Shown here piece by piece: positions 18,826-27,208 of a stretch of DNA of 64,000 nt. The translations under genes were made by a program, and so were the position numbers. A model generated the notes under the pieces. The model saw only the letters and a program-made list of their open reading frames with translations, searched no databases and was not told the DNA's origin. Within the stretch, counting starts at the first letter, position 1; each line of letters opens with the position of its first letter. The DNA lies in IMG/VR virus record IMGVR_UViG_3300013117_000027; one strand, 5' to 3'. Source of the stretch: a virus.

Positions 18826-20496
18826 ATGGCAGATTTAGAAACATATAAAGGTTATGAACTACCATTACCTAATGGACAACAAGGATCATCAACAGGAGAT
18901 GATTGGGCCGATTACCTAATGGACTCAGTTAAACGTAAAATAGATGATACATCTATCTTAGTAATAAATGAAAACTTTAATGTATATTCATCTACTGTTA
19001 GTGGATATGAAGATTACGATAATAGATCTGCAATAAACGCTGCTATTCAATATGCTCATCAACATAATATACCAGAAGTACATTTACCGTCAGGTTATTA
19101 TAAAATATCAGTAAATGATCCTGCTGATACATCTTTAGAGGTGGATGATTTAGGTGGTATTTATATAAATGTTCCAATAACATTTACTATGCATAGAGAT
19201 ACTACTGTTAAGGCGTTACCTTCATCAGAACGTGGTTATGCAATGTTTAGTGTTGTTTCGTCAAATGTTCATATAAGAGGCGGTCAAGTAATAGGTGAGA
19301 GATACGAACATATTGGCAGTGCTGGTGCTCACGGACAAGGTGTGAAAGTAGATGGTGAAGTTGAAAATCCTGTTGAAAATGTTTCAGTCACAGATGTAAT
19401 ATTTAAAGAATTATGGGGCGATGGTATAAGATCAAGACCGTTAACTGAAAATATTAATGTGACTAATTGTTATTTTGAAGATAACAGACGAATGGGAGTT
19501 ACGGTAGGTGCAACAGTAGGATTTTCTATCGATAACTGTTACTTTAAAAATCAAAATGGTATTAATCCTCAAGCTGGGATTGATATTGAACCAAACTTAA
19601 CCGAGGGATTTGCCGAAGATATTACAATCACTAATAGTACATTTGATGATAATGTAGGCGAAGGTATAATAGCAGGCGGTGGAGGTCATGGATTTAAACA
19701 TTTAAAAATTTATAATAATAAGTTTATTAATACAAATCAAGAAGGCGCGATCTTAATAGCTAATGTACCAACTACTTGTGAAGATGTAACTATTGACGGT
19801 AATGTAATTTATTTTAAAGACGATTTATTAGGTCATTCTGGGATTGGTACTGGAAACTTTGAACATCTTTTAATAACTAATAATAAAGTTTATGGTGTTT
19901 CAGATCTATCAGGTGAAAATACTGGTGGCATTTCAGTAGGTAATACTGCTAATGGTATTATTGTTAAAAATAATACTATAAAAAATGTTCATATAGGTAT
20001 ATCGTTATCAGGTGGAGACTCTGAAAATTGTATAATTACACATAATAGAATATACAATACTAATCGCGGTATCTTTGTTGTTACTAAAACTGAGAGGTTA
20101 TTATTTAGCGAAAATATTATTGATGGAGTTTTACAATATAATTATTTTAGATGCGACAATAGTGATCTTATTAATAACTTATTCTTAAATCATTATCAAA
20201 CTGTTATTCAAGGCACTTGTAATTTTACAAAAATCGCTAATAATAGATTTGATAATTGCGGATATAAAGCTAAAACGTCAAATGCTATCTTAGATTTTGC
20301 GCCAAATGGATGTATTATTGATAATAATCATTTCCAGTCTAATGAACCTTTACAGAAAGCAATAAAAGAATCAACTGTACCAACTAATAAGAATATATAC
20401 AAGCAAAATATAGCTATGTATGGTACCAATGCTAATGTATATCTATTTGAAGTTGGAGCTATATTACGAGATAATTTATCTTCAGATTCAGTTTAA
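18826..20496 (+). CDS. Right-handed beta-helix (pectate-lyase-like) tailspike/depolymerase
   Basis: DNRSAINAAI..VHLPSGYY; ELWGDGI, NRRMG, PQAGIDIEPN; Asn-ladder repeats. Confidence 0.85.
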   Translation: MADLETYKGYELPLPNGQQGSSTGDDWADYLMDSVKRKIDDTSILVINENFNVYSSTVSGYEDYDNRSAINAAIQYAHQHNIPEVHLPSGYYKISVNDPADTSLEVDDLGGIYINVPITFTMHRDTTVKALPSSERGYAMFSVVSSNVHIRGGQVIGERYEHIGSAGAHGQGVKVDGEVENPVENVSVTDVIFKELWGDGIRSRPLTENINVTNCYFEDNRRMGVTVGATVGFSIDNCYFKNQNGINPQAGIDIEPNLTEGFAEDITITNSTFDDNVGEGIIAGGGGHGFKHLKIYNNKFINTNQEGAILIANVPTTCEDVTIDGNVIYFKDDLLGHSGIGTGNFEHLLITNNKVYGVSDLSGENTGGISVGNTANGIIVKNNTIKNVHIGISLSGGDSENCIITHNRIYNTNRGIFVVTKTERLLFSENIIDGVLQYNYFRCDNSDLINNLFLNHYQTVIQGTCNFTKIANNRFDNCGYKAKTSNAILDFAPNGCIIDNNHFQSNEPLQKAIKESTVPTNKNIYKQNIAMYGTNANVYLFEVGAILRDNLSSDSV

Positions 20497-20510
20497 TATA
20501 AAGAGGTTAT

Positions 20511-22355
20511 ATGAATTTTGGTGGTAATTCGTCATATTTCGGTGGAGATCAATCGAATTTAGGAGTTAAAACAATGAAATATTATGCAGTAGGAACAACA
20601 ACAGCTTGGAACGCTTTAAGTCCTATAGAACAAGCAAAGTATGAAGATCACTTTGAGAACTACGCGTTGTGTGCTGCTGATCCTGACTTTTCTGGTACTA
20701 TAACAGATAATTATACAATAGAACAAATAAGTGATATTACACAAAGTAGTCAAGCTATATTTAATTTTAATAGTGGCGGTTTTGAGATTACTTTTGATGG
20801 CAACAATTATTGGATATATGATAATGTTGCTGGTTCAGATTTGATTAGAGTTATTGACATAGATTCTACATTATGGATCAATTATAGATGTCAAAATATA
20901 GTAACAAAAAGCATTGGATATCATTCATTTTTGCGTTGTGAGGGTGTAGGTGTAATAAATGTTAAAAATGTATTATTTGATGGCAATAGTAATAATGGAA
21001 GTTTATCATATTTATATGATAACGCGAGTGCTACATATGTTAATTGTGTTGTAATAAATGGTTACAGAGGAATGTCAACTACATCAAGTGGTGACGTAGT
21101 TATTGAAAATGCTACTTTTATTGATAATACTAATAGGGGAGTTTTTAGATCTAACGGTAATGTAACATTAAGAAATGTATATTTATCCAATACAGTTGAT
21201 ATTTTTGGTACTGTTATAGATGGCGGAGGCATAGTAACAAATGACGCTACTGCACCAGAAGTTGCTAATAGAAATATAAATTTAGGATTTTTATTCGCAT
21301 CTAATGACCCATCTAACTCTAACTATTTATTTGCAAGAGACGATACATTGTATAAAGGTGTAGATCCTCAAATATCAGAACATGTAAATTATTTAGATGG
21401 TGAACCTATTGTATTAGGAGATGTGTATGTTGGTGCTAGAAGTAATAAAGTTGCTATTCCTGTAAAATATGCAGTAGGAACAACCACTGCATGGAATGCG
21501 TTAAGTCCTGCAGAACAAGCTGAATATGAAGATCACTTTGAGAACTACGCGTTGTGTGCTGCTGATAGTGATTTCACAGGCACTATTACCGATGATTATT
21601 TAGTAGAACAAATAAGTGATATTACTCAATCATCAATCGCATTATATGCATTTGATATTAATGGATTTAATATTGAATTTAACGGTATGAATTATTTGGT
21701 TAGTGATAATTATAGTTCACAGTTAATTAGAATGCAAACCGAAAATGTTACATTTATAAACTTTAATATTAAATCTATTATAGATAAAACTGTAGGATAT
21801 AGAGGAAGTCTACAAACAGAAGGTTTTACTACATTTATAAACTGTGTTTTTGACGGTAATAGTAAATTAGGGTGCGCATTAACATACTATGATAAACATA
21901 TAATGTCAAATTCAATCATATGTAATTACACTGGTGCCAATCTTGGAGCATCGAATAGAAATAGTGCTTATCTAGGAGATTCAACAGTTTATGAAAATGT
22001 AACATTTAGTAATAATTTATCAGACTTTAGAGATACGATTACGTCTGATCATACAATAAGGAATACATATTACAATTTTATTGGATCGCCAACTGATGGT
22101 GGTGGTAATGTGAATAATACTGTAGTTCTACCTATTTCAGCTTTTATAGATCTAGTCGATTTTTTACCTATAATGGATGGACCTTTAAAGGTTGGTGTAG
22201 ATCCACAAATATCTGGACATACAACTTATCTAAATGGTCCTACTATACCAGTTGGTACGAATGAGATATATAGTGGGGCTAATGGTTACGGTCTAGGAGC
22301 ATGGAGATCTAGAGGATCTTGGTATGACTTTAGATTAATAAGACGAATACCTTAG
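20511..22355 (+). CDS. Beta-helix-like virion protein built from two ~295-aa tandem repeats
   Basis: YAVGTTTAWNALSP.EQA.YEDHFENYALCAAD and GVDPQIS.H..YL.G each occur twice. Confidence 0.7.
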   Translation: MNFGGNSSYFGGDQSNLGVKTMKYYAVGTTTAWNALSPIEQAKYEDHFENYALCAADPDFSGTITDNYTIEQISDITQSSQAIFNFNSGGFEITFDGNNYWIYDNVAGSDLIRVIDIDSTLWINYRCQNIVTKSIGYHSFLRCEGVGVINVKNVLFDGNSNNGSLSYLYDNASATYVNCVVINGYRGMSTTSSGDVVIENATFIDNTNRGVFRSNGNVTLRNVYLSNTVDIFGTVIDGGGIVTNDATAPEVANRNINLGFLFASNDPSNSNYLFARDDTLYKGVDPQISEHVNYLDGEPIVLGDVYVGARSNKVAIPVKYAVGTTTAWNALSPAEQAEYEDHFENYALCAADSDFTGTITDDYLVEQISDITQSSIALYAFDINGFNIEFNGMNYLVSDNYSSQLIRMQTENVTFINFNIKSIIDKTVGYRGSLQTEGFTTFINCVFDGNSKLGCALTYYDKHIMSNSIICNYTGANLGASNRNSAYLGDSTVYENVTFSNNLSDFRDTITSDHTIRNTYYNFIGSPTDGGGNVNNTVVLPISAFIDLVDFLPIMDGPLKVGVDPQISGHTTYLNGPTIPVGTNEIYSGANGYGLGAWRSRGSWYDFRLIRRIP

Positions 22356-22370
22356 GAGAAGGGGATAACA

Positions 22371-22709
22371 ATGGAAAACAGTTTTGTAGGATTAAGTGGA
22401 AGTATATATGTACATCCTGGACATGCGGTAACTATGTTATCTGTTCAAGCAGATGTGTCAGATCCATCTGCTAGTGATGTTAATATCCACATAAGTGGAA
22501 GTTTAGGAACAGAATATAATTTTGGTGCAGTCATACCTATTGTGGCTAAACTTAAGTTTCAGTATGATGAACAGGTAGTAATATCGTCATCTGGAACAGC
22601 GTTAAATGTGATAGTAATAAACTATATATTTAGAGGTGATCAATCAGATTACATGACAACAAGCCCATCTAGGGTACAAAGACCAAAGATAGGCAAATGG
22701 AACGTTTAA
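22371..22709 (+). CDS. Small structural protein, paralogue of the 17874 C-terminal domain
   Basis: ISGSLGTEYNFGAVIPIV..RGDQSDYMT..PSRV.RP.IGKW shared. Confidence 0.7.
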   Translation: MENSFVGLSGSIYVHPGHAVTMLSVQADVSDPSASDVNIHISGSLGTEYNFGAVIPIVAKLKFQYDEQVVISSSGTALNVIVINYIFRGDQSDYMTTSPSRVQRPKIGKWNV

Positions 22710-22733
22710 CAAAGCAACAGGAAGTAGGCATCT

Positions 22734-23447
22734 ATGGAAACATGGTTTATTGCATTGCCATTGGTATGGCAGATAATCCTACCTATTCTGGCCATGTTCT
22801 TTCTGACTATAATAGCCGTATACGGTCGTGTATGGATAGGATGGGGAAAGAAAAAGATTGGAATAGGACGCGAAGCAACAGTAAAAGAGAGGACATGTAT
22901 GGATTGTTCATTACATCATAGGTCCGCTGCAGCTAAAGTTAACTTCAAGATTACAAGAATAGAGTCTAGTGTCATGAAGAACAAGATGAACAATGCTGAG
23001 CAAGAGTTATTAGATCTGAAGAGAAACATGTATACAAACTTTAGTAAGATACTAAAAGCTCGTAAAAAGACCGACATAGAGAGCGAACTAAAAGATTTTA
23101 ACACACGTATACGTTTAATACTAAATGATGTTGTTAAAGATGAGATCCGACGCTCTATAAAAGAAAATGGATTTCACCAGAAAACTGGAGACACATTTAT
23201 GAGGTATGTTGATGGTCAGATAAAGGTCATTAACGACATTATAGAAGACAGTCTCTTACTGTACTATACTAATGATGTGATACTGAAGATGTCTGATACT
23301 ATTAAAGACAAACTTATGAAGGTAGTAAAATCTATATACAACGAAGCTAAAGATATAGAGTTAAAAGCTAATACTACTATAAAAAAATACGAAAAGGAAT
23401 ACGACGATGAACTAGATAAGTTCATCACTAGCACAAAAGTAAAGTAG
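22734..23447 (+). CDS. Membrane protein, one N-terminal TM helix plus coiled coil (holin-like candidate)
   Basis: LPLVWQIILPILAMFFLTIIAVYG hydrophobic segment. Confidence 0.5.
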   Translation: METWFIALPLVWQIILPILAMFFLTIIAVYGRVWIGWGKKKIGIGREATVKERTCMDCSLHHRSAAAKVNFKITRIESSVMKNKMNNAEQELLDLKRNMYTNFSKILKARKKTDIESELKDFNTRIRLILNDVVKDEIRRSIKENGFHQKTGDTFMRYVDGQIKVINDIIEDSLLLYYTNDVILKMSDTIKDKLMKVVKSIYNEAKDIELKANTTIKKYEKEYDDELDKFITSTKVK

Positions 23448-23453
23448 GTAAGA

Positions 23454-24110
23454 ATGAGTGATCTTAATTTAAGGCATGACCTTACTACCCAAGACGAGTT
23501 AACACTCCTTAAGGATAAGTATGCACTTGATGAACTATTAAGTGTATATCCTGAGGAAGCAGTTCATAAACTTGTTAAGAACAAAGAGAAGCTTTCAAAG
23601 ATAGTTGAAATGTTTAGTAATAAGGTAGCAGGCATAGCAAAAAATGTAATGGTAATGAAGTGTAACGTAACAGAATGTCCTTACATGAATTCCTGTATAC
23701 TTTTAAAGAATGACATGGCTCCTAATGGTTATAGTTGTCCTATAGAGAGTAAACTTATAGTCGAGTTAGAATTATCTATTGTACAAGAACTAGAGATAGA
23801 TGAGCAGAATACTATAGAGATGGAGTTACTATATGACTTCATAGACGCTAAACTTCTAGACATGAGAACGTCTGGTATGATGGCATCTACTTCTCTTACT
23901 CAAAGTATAAAGTCGCTAAGTGAAGGACAGATAATAGAGACTTCTAAAGATATTGCTCCTGAATTTAGGATAAAGATGGATTTAAAGAAACTTAAAGCTT
24001 CTATTATGGAAGAGTTTATGGCAACAAGGCGTGCTAAGAAAAAGTATGGTCTAGGCGGTGGTGATAAATCTTTCGAAAATATAATCAAAGCAGCAATGGG
24101 TAATAAGTAA
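23454..24110 (+). CDS. Cys-motif helical protein; terminase small subunit candidate by position only
   Basis: C..TECPY..SC.L.....PNGYSCPIE; upstream of the packaging genes. Confidence 0.35.
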   Translation: MSDLNLRHDLTTQDELTLLKDKYALDELLSVYPEEAVHKLVKNKEKLSKIVEMFSNKVAGIAKNVMVMKCNVTECPYMNSCILLKNDMAPNGYSCPIESKLIVELELSIVQELEIDEQNTIEMELLYDFIDAKLLDMRTSGMMASTSLTQSIKSLSEGQIIETSKDIAPEFRIKMDLKKLKASIMEEFMATRRAKKKYGLGGGDKSFENIIKAAMGNK

Positions 24111-24823
24111 TGATAGCCTCTCCTTTTAATAAGTTAGGCCGTATAAACGAGTTTGTAAGAAGACTCGATCCTTATAAAGTTCCTTATACTCCATTTAAAG
24201 AGTTTTCTCTAATGCCTAGAGAGGAACTAAGAACGCGTACAGACTACAGAAGACGTAATATAGATAAATCTACTAAGGCCAGAACAAGAGACAGTATAGC
24301 TAGATTAGAAGGTAGTACTCCAGGAGCTATAGATTCAGTTAAACCAGATAGAGGATCTGTTAAGCGAGGTGTTTCGCATACAACGGTTAACAAATCTACA
24401 GTTAAGAGCGCTGCATCTTCTAGTCCAAGAAAGTTAGATCCTAAATCTTTTATGCAGAAAGCTAGAGGTTCTAAGTGGTTAAAGATAGGACTTGTTGTCG
24501 CAGGTATGGTTGTATCTTCTAATTTTCTTAACTCTTTTGCTGATAGAACATATGGACATATAATGCCTACAGCTCAGAGAGTAGGTCTATGGTCAAGAGA
24601 AAGTACGTATATACCGGAAAAGTACTCAAGAGGATATGATACTATCAAACAATCGTTGACCGATTTCGGTTCAAGAGTTAACTTATCTAAGACTGCTATG
24701 AAGGTGAATGTAACGCCTCCTAGTAGTACCAGGAATGGTATGATAAGAACAACAGGATCTATTACAAGATCTAATATTGCGTTAAGGGCTCACTCTAACG
24801 CTATTCAACATACGAGGTACTAA
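24110..24823 (+). CDS. Basic protein with a hydrophobic segment (possible internal virion protein)
   Basis: R/K-rich, WLKIGLVVAGMVVS; TAATG coupling. Confidence 0.55.
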   Translation: MIASPFNKLGRINEFVRRLDPYKVPYTPFKEFSLMPREELRTRTDYRRRNIDKSTKARTRDSIARLEGSTPGAIDSVKPDRGSVKRGVSHTTVNKSTVKSAASSSPRKLDPKSFMQKARGSKWLKIGLVVAGMVVSSNFLNSFADRTYGHIMPTAQRVGLWSRESTYIPEKYSRGYDTIKQSLTDFGSRVNLSKTAMKVNVTPPSSTRNGMIRTTGSITRSNIALRAHSNAIQHTRY

Positions 24824-25368
24824 TGATAGGCGGAACCAAAACTTTAATGAATCCATGGGGATCGACACCTGTACACAGTAGAGGTACTATGGCTCAACGA
24901 ACAACCGCTAAGATATTTCAAGCAAGTGAAAACAAAGCTGTAGGTTCTTCTATGCTTAGAAGAGCAGCAAGGAAGCCTGGCATGCGAGCAACTGTTGATA
25001 AGATTACTAACTTTATACAATCTTCTAATAGTAAGGTGGTAGCACCTGCTGGTAGAGGTTTATTTGCTACAGGAAATATGGGAGCAAAATCTGTAGGATC
25101 TTTTGGTAAGAAAGTTTTTTCTGTAGGAAGAAAGATGATGGGCGGTGGACTATTTGTCGCAGGTGCTGCTGCTATGGCAGCTGTTGCGATAATGAATGGT
25201 GGAATGTCTCAGGCTCAAGATATTATGTACGAAAGATACATGAGAGATGCTAGATATACTTCTAGACTTTTAAACAATACTAACGTTGGTTCTGCTTCTG
25301 GTAATAGTACGCTTAATACAGGGAATCATGTGGGATTATCGTTAGCACTACATAAGGGGAGGCACTAG
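24823..25368 (+). CDS. Basic Gly/Ala/Met-rich protein with a TM-like segment (possible internal virion protein)
   Basis: GGGLFVAGAAAMAAVAIM. Confidence 0.55.
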   Translation: MIGGTKTLMNPWGSTPVHSRGTMAQRTTAKIFQASENKAVGSSMLRRAARKPGMRATVDKITNFIQSSNSKVVAPAGRGLFATGNMGAKSVGSFGKKVFSVGRKMMGGGLFVAGAAAMAAVAIMNGGMSQAQDIMYERYMRDARYTSRLLNNTNVGSASGNSTLNTGNHVGLSLALHKGRH

Positions 25369-25381
25369 TTTGAGTAAATTG

Positions 25382-25483
25382 ATGGACAAAAATACTATAA
25401 TAGAAGAACAACAAAAGTGTTTTCATTGGAGCAACTTACAAATTCTCACTGCTGAAGAGAATATGCGTAAAGGAAGTAAATAA
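25382..25483 (+). pseudogene. C-terminal remnant of an HNH endonuclease of the same family as 4861-5487
   Basis: EEQQKCFHWSNLQILTAEENMRKGSK* vs EEVKACFNYKNVQPLWAEDNLKKGDK. Confidence 0.8.
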
Positions 25484-26454
25484 TGGCTTACGGATACCAA
25501 GATCAGATACCACAACAAGAGATGATAGGAGTAGGTGACATAGCTGGAGCTATGATCAATCCTGTTAATTGGTATAAGTATAATCCTTCTATGTGGTCTG
25601 TAACCAGAGGACAAATAAAAGTTCCTTTAGTATCAGGAAGAAATATTAGACGTGTATCTAACTTTGTTAGAAAATGGGGCGGTTCTATAGGTAATAGTAC
25701 TGTTGACTTTATTAGAGACAAGTCTGGCCTTAAAGAGCTAGGCGGAGTAATGAAATCCGAGAGTATCTGGGTAGGATCAGCTCCTATGAGTTCTGAAAAC
25801 GTATTTGCTACGACTACAAAGTTCGGTCCTTTAAGAGAACAGCGTCTTGCAGCAGTGGTAGCTGAGAAATCAAGAAGAGCTAATATTGCTGCGTTTGACG
25901 ACGTATTTAGTCCTACAACTCCTAGACAGTTTCCAGGACCTTATACTCCTCCTGAAAGTGTTGTAGCAAGAGCTAAGTTCGGAGCAGATAGAATACAGTA
26001 TGTTAATGAGAACGTTTCTGCTTTAAAAAGGCAAGGTTATAAAGTTACAGATGAGTTGTACGATAGAAGTAGACGCTTTGGTAGAGAGTTAACCAGAAAT
26101 ATCAAGGGTACTTACACACGTATAAGTGGATTCGGTAAGGTAGGGATGAAGTTAGGTATGAGGGCTGGCGTTGCAATTGGCAAAGGGTTTGCTTATTATC
26201 AGATTGCGTCACTAATGTACAGCACAGCACAGATGGCATTCGAACCTTTAGGAAGAAAAGCTATTAGTACTATTGACTCTATTTTTAATGCTAAGACACA
26301 GATAGGAGTCCCAGAGTTAGGCGGTAACCTACCTATGCAATATTTAACAAGAGGTGCAGCAACAGAAAGACAACGAGCACTCCAAGCTATACAGAAGTCT
26401 AGACTTAATGCTAGACAAGCTATGGGTAATGAAGGTCAACTGTATCACCAGTAA
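25483..26454 (+). CDS. Basic protein with a Gly-rich amphipathic segment (possible internal virion protein)
   Basis: GFGKVGMKLGMRAGVAIGKGFAYY; TAATG coupling. Confidence 0.55.
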   Translation: MAYGYQDQIPQQEMIGVGDIAGAMINPVNWYKYNPSMWSVTRGQIKVPLVSGRNIRRVSNFVRKWGGSIGNSTVDFIRDKSGLKELGGVMKSESIWVGSAPMSSENVFATTTKFGPLREQRLAAVVAEKSRRANIAAFDDVFSPTTPRQFPGPYTPPESVVARAKFGADRIQYVNENVSALKRQGYKVTDELYDRSRRFGRELTRNIKGTYTRISGFGKVGMKLGMRAGVAIGKGFAYYQIASLMYSTAQMAFEPLGRKAISTIDSIFNAKTQIGVPELGGNLPMQYLTRGAATERQRALQAIQKSRLNARQAMGNEGQLYHQ

Positions 26455-26522
26455 AGGAGTTATGCTGATACTTAGAGTCGATACCATAATACCGAATATA
26501 AACTTTAATGTAAGGAGTCTAC

Positions 26523-27208
26523 ATGAGTAAGATAAGTACGATACAAGGAATGGTAGATTTTCCTTTAAGAGATTACCAGATAGAAATATTGAATAATCTA
26601 GAAGAACATAAAATACAGCATTCTATTTAGGTAGACGAATGAGTAAGTCAACATTAATATGTTTAGACGCTATATACAATGCTATGACAGCTAATAGACC
26701 TACAAGAATACTTATGTATACACAGGTAAGAATGAAGGATGCATTATTTGATAAGATTCTTGATTATAGTAGAGGTTTTGCTACACGTATAAGAAATAGT
26801 GATGTTAAAGAGGTGTTCTATGGTAATAACGTTATTAGGGTAGAAGGTATTTATCGACACGGTAATCCAACAAGTGCGATTGGACAATCCGCAGATTATA
26901 TATACGTAGATGAGGCAGACTTTATTACTAATGACGCAATGGAGAATACTATATTACCGATATCAAGTACATCTATTAATTGTAGAGTATGTATGATATC
27001 CACAATGTCTGGAATATCTAATACATATTTTAAACGATGGATGACCGACAGAAACCTAACAAATGTATACAGTAATACATTTAATCATGTAAATACTGAA
27101 CACAGTGTATATGTAGAAAACGATGAACTAGAATGGGAGTACTTAGGTTACTCTTACTTAAAAGAAAATGTTTCTATTAGATGGCAAGGAAAAACACATG
27201 AAACATAA
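26523..27208 (+). pseudogene. Frameshifted, intein-free paralogue of the terminase ATPase domain (~228 aa if the frame is repaired)
   Basis: LRDYQIEIL (Q motif) in one frame; GRRMSKS (Walker A-like), ADYIYVDEADFI (Walker B) and MIST in the -1 frame. Confidence 0.8.

Noticed and set aside
20583-21632. Diversity-generating retroelement TR/VR pair
   Set aside because: Both copies are in-frame parts of one gene, the differences are not adenine-specific, and no reverse transcriptase is in the window
26628-26630. TAG read-through or amber recoding in the terminase paralogue
   Set aside because: The downstream homology is in a different frame, and TAG is a normal stop for about 16 genes
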